From an uncultured Chloroflexia bacterium (GTDB lineage Bacteria > Chloroflexota > Anaerolineae > CG2-30-64-16), in NCBI GenBank assembly GCA_963810095.1, contig CAWEMM010000009.1, positions 448,001-512,000 of the forward strand: 64,000 nucleotides of DNA, given 5' to 3'. Position 1 is the first letter of the stretch; each line of letters starts with the position of its first letter. Below the pieces are notes generated by a model that saw nothing but the letters and a program-made list of their open reading frames with translations, was not told where the DNA came from and made no database searches. The position numbers and the translations under genes were made by a program. Shown here piece by piece: positions 19,284 to 28,924 of the stretch.

Positions 19284-22160
19284 GTGCCAGACTTGATTTC
19301 GGAACTGCTTTCCGCGCCCGACGCCTCGAATCAGCTCGCGATCGTCGACGAATGGCCGCTTGAAGGCCTCGACGAGGCGCAACTCGCGTCCATCAAGGCT
19401 AAGGCCGCCGAGGTCCTACGAGTCGATGTGCACAAGTCACGGGCTCTGGCCGAACTCATGCTCCGAGCCGCAGACCGCACCGGGACGCCTATCCACCGGG
19501 CGCTGGGCCTCATTTCCCTTGCGAACGCCTACTCCCTCGGGGGGCTCGGCCGCGACGCAGAGGCGATTCCGCTCTATGACGAGGCCGCAGCGATCTATCG
19601 CGCCGCCCAACGTCCCGTGGACGAGGCGAACGCTCAAATCGCCAAGATATTGGCTCTGTCCAACCTGGATCGCCACGAAGATGCCTTTGCGGCAGGCCGA
19701 TGGGCGGCCGGAGTTCTTGCGGAGCACGCAGAGTGGCTGCGATTGGGAAAGCTGACCGCCAACCTCGGTAATCTCAACTTTCGCCGGGGGGAGGTGGCCC
19801 AGGCACTCGTCATGTTCGACCGGGCACGCGACACCTTCGCCCGTCTTCCGGATGACCCTGCCGCACGGGCGGCGCTAGGCCGGATGGAGCACAACCGCTC
19901 CGCCGTGCTCCGCGATCTCGGTCGCTTCGATGAGGCGATTGCTACGGCGAAAACGGCCCTTGACATCCTCCATGAGACAGGCCAGATCGCCGAGATCGCG
20001 CGCTGCCAGCTCAATCTCGCTATCACGTATGGCATCCTCGGTCGCTACAACGACGCGCTGACCTTGCTGGCCGAGTCGCGCGGCTTCTTTGCCTCTGACG
20101 GCCGCCAGCGTGACGCGGTCATGGTCGGCATCTACGCCGGCCAGTGCCTTCTCCAGTTGCGGCGCTTTGACGAGGTTCTGGCACTGGCCCGTGAGGCCTC
20201 GGACCTGTTCGGGCGCTGTGGCGAGCAGTTCTACGTCGCGCAGGCCGTGCTGAACGAGGCGACGGCATACGCGGGGTTGGGAGACTACGACAGGGCATTG
20301 GCCGCATTGATCGACGCCCGCGGGCGCTTCGAGGCGGCCGGCAATCAGATGTGGGCTGCCCTCACCGACCTGGGTACGGCGGACGTGCTGCGGCGGCTCG
20401 GCCGGCTCGAGGAGAGCCTGGACTTGGCGCTCCGCTGCTCCGCCTCGTTCTGCAAGGGTGAGCTTCCCGTCGAGCAGGCGCAAGCCGAACTGGTGGCCGC
20501 CCGTGCGGCCCTCGCGCTGGGCCAGGACTCGGCAGCCGAGCGGCTGCTCACCGGCCCCGAGGCACTTGGCCGAAGCGACGATCTTCCGTCGCTGCTGTAC
20601 GCGTGCCACCAGCTTAGGGCTGCGCTCGCCGAACGCCAGGGAGATTTGCAGGCCGCGCTTACGCTTGCCGAGGCGGCGATGAACGAAATCGAGCGGCTGC
20701 GCGGCCAACTGATGATCGAGCACCGGGTCGAGTTTCTGGAGGATAAGGGCGCCGTCTATGAAGACGCAGTCGCCCTGGCGCTCGAGCTCGACCGGCCGCT
20801 GCAAGCGCTGTTCTTCGCAGAACGGGCGCGCTCGCGGGCTCTGATCGAGCTGCTCGACCACCGCCTGCAGATCGGCATCCGGGCGGCGACGCCCGAGGAT
20901 GCTCCCCTCGTAGACGAGCTTCTGTGTCTGCGCAGCGAGCGTGACGCGCTGTATCGCCACTGGATGACGCAAAGCGACGTAACGATGCGCGCCTGGATGT
21001 CGCCCGGGGAGGAGCGGCGGCAGGTCGAATCACAGGTCCTGTCGATCGAACGGCGTACGGGCGAGCTGTGGCGGCAGCTGCTGGTGCGCAATGCGAGCTA
21101 TATCGAGCAGGCAAGCCTATGGCGGTCGGTCGCTCGGCCCACGTCTTTAGGCCTGCCGTCCGGGTCAGTGTTGGTCGAGTACACCGTGGCGCGCGGGCGC
21201 CTACTGGCCTTTGTCGCTTGCGGGCAAGAGGTACGCTGCGTGTCGCTCGCGATGCGGCCTGATGAGGCAGGGGCGCTCCTAAACCTGCTGCAAGTTAATC
21301 TCCGCACGGTAGCGCTCCACGGACGAGGGATGGCGGGGCGCCTGCGTGTGAACGCAGATGGCCTCCTCGCCCGGCTCTACGACGGCCTGATTGCACCCAT
21401 CGCCGCGCTGCCCGACTCCCCGTTGGACACCGCACGACAGTTGCTCATCGTTCCCCATGGCCCTCTTCACTACCTCCCTTTCCACGCCCTGACCGATGGC
21501 AGTCGCTACCTGGCCGAGCGTTGGGAGGTAAGCTATTTACCGAGCGTCGACCTGCTGTCGCGCTTGGCCAAACGAGCTAACCCAACCGGGCACGCGGTCG
21601 CTCTCGGCCTGTCGGGCGGGGGCGGGCTAGCGCACGCGGTCGACGAGGCGCGGCAGGTGGCCGGCCTGCTAAACGGCGCCGCGTTCGTCGAAGAGGCCGC
21701 GATCGTCGAAACGCTGCGCCTGCATGCTGCGCACGCACCCGTGGTGCACCTGGCAACACATGCCGAGTTCCGAGCCGACAACCCGCTTTTCTCGGGGCTC
21801 AAGCTGGCCGATGCGTGGCTGACGACCTTGGATATCTTCGGTCTCGAGCTGGATGCGTCGCTCGTGACCCTGAGCGGCTGCCACACCGGACGGAACGTGG
21901 TGGGCGGGGGCGAAGAGTTGTTGGGCCTGGCGCGCGCCTTCCTGGCTGCAGGCGCGGCCTCGCTCCTGCTTTCACTCTGGGCGGTCGAGGACAGCTCCAC
22001 CGCCCAGTTCATGGTGCACTTCTATTCCGCACTCACCGGGGGCCAGACGAAGGCCGGTGGGCTGAGGCACGCCCAGTGCGCTTTCCTGGCCGACGAGCAG
22101 TTCTGCCACCCGTACTATTGGGCGCCCTTCGCGCTTATGGGCGATACGGGGCGGCTATAA
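19284..22160 (+). CDS. TPR-repeat CHAT-domain (caspase-like) protease
   Basis: Long helical TPR region; LLIVPHGPLHYLPFHAL; HLATH (His) and LSGCHTG (Cys) dyad; SLWAVED; HPYYWAPF. Confidence 0.93.
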   Translation: MPDLISELLSAPDASNQLAIVDEWPLEGLDEAQLASIKAKAAEVLRVDVHKSRALAELMLRAADRTGTPIHRALGLISLANAYSLGGLGRDAEAIPLYDEAAAIYRAAQRPVDEANAQIAKILALSNLDRHEDAFAAGRWAAGVLAEHAEWLRLGKLTANLGNLNFRRGEVAQALVMFDRARDTFARLPDDPAARAALGRMEHNRSAVLRDLGRFDEAIATAKTALDILHETGQIAEIARCQLNLAITYGILGRYNDALTLLAESRGFFASDGRQRDAVMVGIYAGQCLLQLRRFDEVLALAREASDLFGRCGEQFYVAQAVLNEATAYAGLGDYDRALAALIDARGRFEAAGNQMWAALTDLGTADVLRRLGRLEESLDLALRCSASFCKGELPVEQAQAELVAARAALALGQDSAAERLLTGPEALGRSDDLPSLLYACHQLRAALAERQGDLQAALTLAEAAMNEIERLRGQLMIEHRVEFLEDKGAVYEDAVALALELDRPLQALFFAERARSRALIELLDHRLQIGIRAATPEDAPLVDELLCLRSERDALYRHWMTQSDVTMRAWMSPGEERRQVESQVLSIERRTGELWRQLLVRNASYIEQASLWRSVARPTSLGLPSGSVLVEYTVARGRLLAFVACGQEVRCVSLAMRPDEAGALLNLLQVNLRTVALHGRGMAGRLRVNADGLLARLYDGLIAPIAALPDSPLDTARQLLIVPHGPLHYLPFHALTDGSRYLAERWEVSYLPSVDLLSRLAKRANPTGHAVALGLSGGGGLAHAVDEARQVAGLLNGAAFVEEAAIVETLRLHAAHAPVVHLATHAEFRADNPLFSGLKLADAWLTTLDIFGLELDASLVTLSGCHTGRNVVGGGEELLGLARAFLAAGAASLLLSLWAVEDSSTAQFMVHFYSALTGGQTKAGGLRHAQCAFLADEQFCHPYYWAPFALMGDTGRL

Positions 22161-22239
22161 AGCGGCAGCGCGGGTGCAGATGCACCCGCGCTGCCGCATG
22201 TCGACGAGAGCGCGACCGAGCGTCTTGGCCCACTTCGCC

Positions 22240-23497
22240 CTACGGGCGTGAGCTTTCCACGGCTGTCTCGCCAAGCGGAGTCCTTGCCGCCAATCCCGGC
22301 CGCGCAACGAGCGTGCCCACCAGGAACGCGGCGGCCGCGGCAACAAAGAGGACGACGTAGCCCCTTCCACTCCCCAGCCGCGCCCCAACATCGAGCAGCG
22401 GACCCAGCAGGCCCGCCACGGCCGCCGCCGCAAGCGTCGCCAGGTTGGCGAGGCCCTTGAACTTCGTGGATTGGACGGCCGGAATGAGCTCGTTCGCCAG
22501 CGCACTGTTGCTGGCGATGAAAGCACTGCTGCCAAACGCGATGGATAACATGCCGGCCAGAACATAGACCATGCTGCCCCCGAAGACGAGCACAGCCATG
22601 CCAACAGCCGCGGTCAACGCGCCGGCCGCCATGACAAAGCCATGGCCGAACCGTTCCGCCAGGCTCGCAGCGAGGGGGGCAAACAAGGCGGCCACGAGGA
22701 CCAGCCCGCCCAGCAGCAAGCCCGACTGCTCCGCGGCGCTCCATGCGTCGATCCCGAAACGGTCCACGAGGAACAGCAGCAGGTAGCGGCTGATCGCGAA
22801 CACGCCGACCATGAACAACCCGCGAGAGACTACCAGCCACGTAAAGCGGCGGTGGGTCCGGAAGTCAAACCGGTACAGGTCGTCCCAGGTCGGACTCGAG
22901 TGCCGCACGCCGTGTACCTTCGGGCGTTCGCCTAGCAGGAGGACGGTGAGCAGAAACGCCACGGTCAGCACCGCGCCGATCAGCATGAGCCCCGTGCCGA
23001 GGGCTGCTGCGGCCAGCAGGCTCCCCAGGACCAGAAAGCCGAGCGCCGAACCGGCGGCCGACATGCCCTCTTGGGCCAGTTCCGCCCGGCCCGTTTTGTC
23101 GTACGGCAGCAGGTCAGGGATGAACGCGGAGAGCGCGCCCCGCCCGATGCTCGCTGCGACCTGGATCAAAAGGTAGGCGACAAACAGGCCGACGAGGTTT
23201 TGGCCCAAACCCAGAGCGAACAAGCCGGCCAGGACGCCGAGAAGGGCCATGGCAATGGTGCCCGTGCGGCCCCACGTTGCCGCGCAGGCGGTCGCTCCAT
23301 TCGCCCGCCATCGGCTGAATGACTAGGGCAGCCAGCAGGCCGGCGAAGGTGAGCAGACCGAGTGTCGTCGCAGCCGGCCGCACCCCACCCAGGTGCAGCA
23401 GTTCCACTGGTAATACAATGCTGTTCAGACCGTCCATGAGCAATGCCAGGCCCAGCCAGAACACGCTCATGCCAATCAGGAGCTTCGTTCTCTTCAT
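22240..23497 (-). CDS. MFS transporter (frameshift near 23265)
   Basis: About 12 hydrophobic segments across ORFs 23114..23533 and 22240..23250; QPMAGEWSDR motif-A region. Confidence 0.85.
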
Positions 23498-23605
23498 CTT
23501 CACACCGACCCCCCAACCCACACTATGTCTCAATACGCTGCTTCACTTAACGTCGTACCTGGCCCGAAACGTTGCACGCTTTTTGAACGTCGTATGATAA
23601 GGTTG

Positions 23606-23652
23606 GGTTCTCCCGTCCGGGGATCTGCTCCAGATCCCCGGACGGGAGAACC
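23606..23652. repeat. Perfect 22-bp hairpin in the 5' region of the metallopeptidase gene
   Basis: ggttctcccgtccggggatctg-ctc-cagatccccggacgggagaacc. Confidence 0.85.
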
Positions 23653-23678
23653 GGAAGGCAAGAAAAGGGAGGTGACGA

Positions 23679-25242
23679 TTGACCAAAGTGCGCGTGCCGA
23701 TGATGGTCGACGACGCCCGGTTTGCGCCGCTGGGCCGGCCCGAGGCAATCGAAGGCTACGATATCACCGGCGAGACCTGGTTCGCCGACGGTCCCGCGAC
23801 GGACAGGGTCGCAGTCGTGGATCGCGATCTGGCAAAGGGGACGGTTTACCCGCCTGCCCGTTTCGTGCCGCCCCCCAAAGGTCGGGTGCTTGGCCGCTAC
23901 GCGATCCAGGAACCCTACCAGGTAGACTCGCGCACCTTCAACCAGGTCAGCACTTTTGCGACGATCATGAAGACCGTGCGCATGTTTGAGGAAGCGGACG
24001 CGCTTGGGCGGCGGGTCACCTGGGCCTTCGCCCAGCCGCAGCTGACCGTGCTCCCGCGGGCGGATCAAGGCGAGAACGCTTACTATCGCCGCGAACGCGC
24101 CAGCCTCGAGTTCCACTATTTCCGCAGCCGCCATGACCCTTCGCAGACCATCTACACGAGCATGGCCCGCGATATCGTCGCCCATGAAGCGGCCCACGCC
24201 ATTCTCGATGGGATCGCACCCCGGCTATGGGAGGCGGTGACGACCCAATCCCTCGCGCTTCACGAGGCGGTCGCAGATCTGACCGCGCTCTTGGTGTCGA
24301 TTCGCAGCCGCATTCTGCGCAGCGCGGTTTTGCGCCGCACCGGGGGCTCGATCGAACACTCTTCGCACTTCAGCGCGATCGGGGAGGAATTCGGGCTGGC
24401 GCGCGGCTCGGGCGCGCTGCGTGACCTGAAGAACGACCTCACCATGAGCACGGCTCCTAACGATCCTTACCGCCTGAGCCAAGTCCTGACCGGCGCACTC
24501 TACGCTCTCCTTGTCAAGATGCACGCGCAGCGTACTGCGGCGGAAGCGGCCCGCCGGGGCAGTTCGGCGTACTCGGCTTCGGGGTATGGGCTGTGGACGG
24601 CGGCGGAGCACCTGAAGCGGATGACCCTGCGCGCGTTGGACTATCTGCCGCCGGGCGAAGTCTCGTTCGCCGACTACGGCCGCGCGATCCTTGCTGCCGA
24701 CGTGGCCTCCCACCCCGATGACCCCATCGAGCGCAAATGGCTGGCCGACGAGTTGCGTCCGGCGCGAGATTGTGGCGAGCCAGGAAGCGCTCGAACCGGA
24801 CGCCCTCGGTCTGGCTCGGACCATCGCACTGCTGGCCGGCACCTCGCTCAACGAGTTGGTTGCGAGCGATGCCGCGGCCCGCGCGTTCGTGAACAGCCCG
24901 CTCGGTCACGACGTGCTGCGCATACCGGCCGGGGCACAGGTGGTGCTCGAACCGAGGCTTGTGGTTGCCAAGGACTACTACCACCGGTCTCCGGACGGCG
25001 TCGTGTGGGCGGTGACGGTGCGCGAGGGGCTCTTGAAGGTGTGGTGGATGGAGTGGGAAGAAGGGGGCTCGCCGCCCGCGGCCTGTCCGCCACGCCAAAT
25101 CGCGGTCGGGACGACGCTGTCTTGGGACTGGGACTCGGGGCGCGCCGCGGGTACTCCTCACGACCGGCTCGGGCCGCCCGCCGGGCGAGTTCGCCCTTCA
25201 GGGAATGGGGCAGGACCGGGGCCTCGGCTTACGCCAGGCTGA
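23679..25242 (+). CDS. Gluzincin (M4/M36-like) metallopeptidase without signal peptide (frameshift near 24760; 3' end uncertain)
   Basis: GGAGGTGA RBS; ENAYY; DIVAHEAAHAILDG; LHEAVAD third-ligand motif; continues in ORF 24691..25242. Confidence 0.8.
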
Positions 25243-25413
25243 AACGCCGCCGGGAGATCTGCCGGAAGTTCAGCGTGGTGAATGTGGGTAGCGTCGCGAG
25301 TGTGAGTAGCGTGGCTGACGAGCACCGCTCGCCGCACGAGGAAGACGGGCCAGGGGACTGCTGGCTTTCGGGTGCTGTGTTGGCGTCCCCTGTCCCTCCC
25401 CCGCTGTCTGCAC

Positions 25414-26163
25414 TTACCGCTTTGGCTTCGGATACATCTGGCCGATGAACTGCTTGTCGGTGTCAGACAGGCGGGTGTTCCAACCAATCGTGAAGCCGCC
25501 GGTCGTGATCTCGGGCGGCACGGGGTACTCCATGATGGACGTCGGATCGAACTTCGTGAATTGGGTCAGGAGCTTGTTGTAGCGTCCAAAGACTTGCGCG
25601 TCCACCTCGGCCCGGCTCCAGCCGTTCGTCTTGCCGTAGTAGTCGTAAGCCTTCTCCTTGTCCCACGGAATGCCGGCGTCCGGGCTTTGATGCTCGTGGA
25701 TGCACCCAAGCGCATGGCCGAACTCGTGGAGCACCACCCGGCTGTATTCCTGGTCCTCGGTTTCGGGCGTTAACCAGCCGTAGTTCATCGTCGGCTTGTC
25801 CTGGTGGAACCACTGGACGAGGTTGCCGACGCCGAGAAGCGACCACGATCCTGCATTAGGGGTGAAGGCGACTCGGATGACGGCCGGGCCTTCGTCAACG
25901 AACTTGAAGGTGATGTTAGCGAACTCTTCCCATTGGTGGGCGTACTTCTCGACACGGTCCCGCACCGTCTTGTCGCCGCCCAGGAAACGTGCGGTGAGGA
26001 CGCTGCCATTGAGCCAACGGCTCGAAACTGCCAACTCGCCTTCGCCGGGGTCCTCCACCAGGCCCAGTGAGACTGCAACCTGGCTGGCTTGTTGCCGCTC
26101 ATTGAGGGTCAGGTCCTTGTCCAGACAGATTTTGATGACCTTGTTTTCCTCTGTAGCCTGCAT
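25414..26163 (-). CDS. Astacin-like (M12A) zinc metallopeptidase without signal peptide
   Basis: HEFGHALGCIHEHQSP; Met-turn SIMEY; AGGAGG RBS before ATG at 26163. Confidence 0.9.
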   Translation of the reverse strand: MQATEENKVIKICLDKDLTLNERQQASQVAVSLGLVEDPGEGELAVSSRWLNGSVLTARFLGGDKTVRDRVEKYAHQWEEFANITFKFVDEGPAVIRVAFTPNAGSWSLLGVGNLVQWFHQDKPTMNYGWLTPETEDQEYSRVVLHEFGHALGCIHEHQSPDAGIPWDKEKAYDYYGKTNGWSRAEVDAQVFGRYNKLLTQFTKFDPTSIMEYPVPPEITTGGFTIGWNTRLSDTDKQFIGQMYPKPKR

Positions 26164-26200
26164 AGTGCGCCTCCTGCATATTTGAACGGTGCTTGTGCCT

Positions 26201-26228
26201 ATTTTACGCCTGGATTTTCTACTGTCAA
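26201..26228 (-). promoter_or_regulatory. Sigma70-type promoter for the astacin-like gene
   Basis: TTGACA-16 nt-TAAAAT on the minus strand. Confidence 0.6.
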
Positions 26229-26579
26229 TGGCGTTGTTAATGAAGAAACCAGGCACTACGGGTGGGTAGATGCCTGGTTCCTCCGGACCGGACGCCAGCA
26301 AAAAGCGGGGAAAGGTCGATTCTTACGGCACGGTCATGCGTAGGCTCGCATCCGTGCCAACTATCCAAGCGCGTTATTGCACTCGCAACGTAGTTGCACT
26401 CACTCTACAGGCGGGGACCCTTGCCGCGCTTCGGCGGGCCGTGCCCGCCTCCACGCCGAACTGCACTATCCGTCCGATCCGGCTCCATCATCGCGCGGAC
26501 TGATTAAGCCGAAGTGAACGGCACGCCTGGACGATTATGACAGGTCTTTAATCGTTCATCCCCACTCGCCGCGGGGCCG

Positions 26580-26768
26580 TTATTTCTGACCGAACATGCC
26601 GCCTAGGCCGCTCAGGTCGGTCTTGCCCGACACGACGCCGTCGACCTGCGACGCCAACTGCGGCGGCAGCTTCTGCTTGACGAAGTCGAGCACGGTCGCC
26701 ACCGCGGCCTGCGCCTGCTGCTCGGTGATGCCGGCCTTCTGCGAAACGAGTTTCACCAATTCGTCCAT
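26580..26768 (-). CDS. Small helical protein (62 aa), HU-dimerisation-like / DUF2267-like
   Basis: AGGAGG RBS; MDELVKLVSQKAGITEQQAQAAVATVLDFVKQKLP. Confidence 0.75.
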   Translation of the reverse strand: MDELVKLVSQKAGITEQQAQAAVATVLDFVKQKLPPQLASQVDGVVSGKTDLSGLGGMFGQK

Positions 26769-26899
26769 CGATAGCCTCCTGATGCTGAATGCCGCCCCAT
26801 AGGGCAGCCGGGGCACAGTATCGCGCTACCGGGCCCCCGAGGTTGTGGCGATTCTTACTCTATTTGCACCTCGGGATGCGCAAGCGTATCATCCGCTGT

Positions 26900-27871
26900 G
26901 TGGACGCACCTGTCATCACCGCCAATCAGCTTACCCGGCGTTTCAAGCGCCGTGCAGCCGTCGACGGGCTCGATCTTGCCGTCCGGCGCGGCGAGGTGTT
27001 CGGATTGATTGGGCCCGACGGCGCGGGAAAGACGACGGCGATCCGCCTGTTGGCGGCCGTGATGCGGCCCACGGCGGGGAGCGCGCATGTGATGGGTTAC
27101 GACACGAGGCGCGATGCCGAGCGGGTGCGCAGCAGCGTCGGGTATATGCCCCAGAAGTTCAGCCTTTACGGCGACCTGACGGTGAGCGAAAACCTGGCTT
27201 TCTTCGCCGACATCTTTGGGGTGCGCGGCCGCGAGCGCAAGGAGCGGATCGACCGGCTGCTCTCGTTTGCCCGGCTGGCCGAGTTTACGGGCCGGCGCGC
27301 CGCCGCGCTATCGGGCGGCATGCAGAAGAAGCTCGCGCTGGCGTGTACGCTCGTGCACGCGCCGCCCGTCATCTTCCTGGACGAGCCGACGACCGGCGTC
27401 GATCCGATCAGCCGGCGCGAGTTCTGGGACATCCTGGCCGACCTCCATGCGCAGGGCGTGACCTTGTTCATCAGCACGCCCTACATGGACGAGGCCGAAC
27501 GGTGCAGCCGGGTGGGGTTGATGTACGAAGGCCGGCTCATCGAGTGCAACACGCCCGCGGCGTTGCGCGCTTCGGTGCCGGGCGAGTTGATCGCCGTCTC
27601 GACCTCCCAGGTGATGCCGGCCCAGGATGCGGTGCTGGCTGCGAACCTGCCGCAAGTGCTGGAGCTGCAGGTGTACGGCGACCAGTTGCACGTCTTCGTG
27701 AACGACGCGACATCGGCAGAAATCCGGCTCCGCGCAGTCCTCGCCGCGGCCGGCATCCCGGTTGCCGACGTTCGGCGGGCGCAACCGAGGGTGGAAGAGG
27801 CCTTCATCTCGCTCATTCGTAAGCAAGCAGGGGCAGGCGCCCAACCCGCGCCGAAGGAGAGCGAGGGGTGA
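26900..27871 (+). CDS. ABC-2 type efflux ATP-binding protein
   Basis: GPDGAGKT; LSGGMQKK; DEPTTGVDP; STPYMDEAE. Confidence 0.9.
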   Translation: MDAPVITANQLTRRFKRRAAVDGLDLAVRRGEVFGLIGPDGAGKTTAIRLLAAVMRPTAGSAHVMGYDTRRDAERVRSSVGYMPQKFSLYGDLTVSENLAFFADIFGVRGRERKERIDRLLSFARLAEFTGRRAAALSGGMQKKLALACTLVHAPPVIFLDEPTTGVDPISRREFWDILADLHAQGVTLFISTPYMDEAERCSRVGLMYEGRLIECNTPAALRASVPGELIAVSTSQVMPAQDAVLAANLPQVLELQVYGDQLHVFVNDATSAEIRLRAVLAAAGIPVADVRRAQPRVEEAFISLIRKQAGAGAQPAPKESEG

Positions 27872-27974
27872 AACAGGACGCGGACGGCGGAGATACTTCG
27901 CGGGTCCCTGCGGCCTTGATGACCACTCTCCAGCTGCAGCACCTGCGTCTCGTCGTCATGGGATGTGAAAGGCA

Positions 27975-28899
27975 GTGGTGGAAACAGAAGCAATTCGCAC
28001 CGAGCAGTTGACGAAAAAGTTCGAGCGTTTCACCGCCGTGGACGGCATCAGCTTCACCGTCCCGCGCGGCACGATCTTCGGGTTTCTGGGTCCCAACGGC
28101 TCGGGGAAGACGACGACCATCCGGATGCTGCTCGGCCTGCTCAAGCCGACCTCGGGCGTGGCCCGCGTGCTGGGCTATGACTGCGCGCGGCAGACGCAGG
28201 AGATCCGGCGGCGGGCCGGGTACATGTCGCAGCGCTTCAGCCTGTACAACGACTTCACGGTGGGTGAGAACCTCCGGTTCTACGCGGGCGCGTACGGGGT
28301 GGGCCGCACGCGCTTCGCGCAGCGCAAGGCCTACGTGCTCGAAATGGCCGGGCTGCACGGACGTGAGCGCGAGCTGGCCGGGAACCTGTCGGGGGGCTGG
28401 AAACAGCGGCTCGCACTGGGTGTCGCCATCCTCCACGAGCCGCAGATCGTGATCCTCGACGAGCCCACCGCCGGCGTCGACCCGGTGTCGCGACGCCAGT
28501 TCTGGGAACTGCTTTATGGGCTGGCACGCGACGGGACGACCATCTTTGTCACCACCCATTACATGGATGAGGCCGAGCAGTGCCGGGCGCTGGCGTTCAT
28601 CCATCGCGGCAAGCTCATCGCAGAGGGCAGCCCGGCCGAGATCAAGGCCGGGCAGATGCGCGGGCAGGTGCTGGAGATCGTCTGTGAGCCGACGGACGTG
28701 GCGCTGCCCGTGCTCAAGGGCATGGGCGTTTTTGACGAGGTTGCCTTATACGGCGCGACAATTCATGTCGTGGCCGAGCGGGTTGTCAGAGCGGATTCCC
28801 GCGATCCGCGCAGCGCTCTCGGAGGCAGGCGTGAACGTGGGTAACATGCTGGTGATTCCGCCGAGCCTGGAAGACGTTTTCATCTCGCGGATCCGCTAG
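27975..28899 (+). CDS. Second ABC-2 type ATP-binding protein (frameshift near 28785)
   Basis: GPNGSGKT; LSGGWKQR; TTHYMDEAE; PSLEDVFI C-terminus in ORF 28516..28899. Confidence 0.9.
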
Positions 28900-28924
28900 A
28901 TTTGTAGGTTCAGGGTGATGGTCA

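Noticed and set aside
19284-22160. CHAT protein as a CRISPR type III-E Craspase component
   Set aside because: No Cas7-11, Csx30/31 or array in the window
24760-25448. C-terminal part of the 589-aa ORF 23679..25448
   Set aside because: After ~24760 it is low-complexity and overlaps the astacin-like gene; protein-like sequence continues in frame 24691..25242
26230-26579. Possible small gene or ncRNA in the gap upstream of the astacin-like gene
   Set aside because: No convincing RBS-linked ORF or recognisable RNA structure
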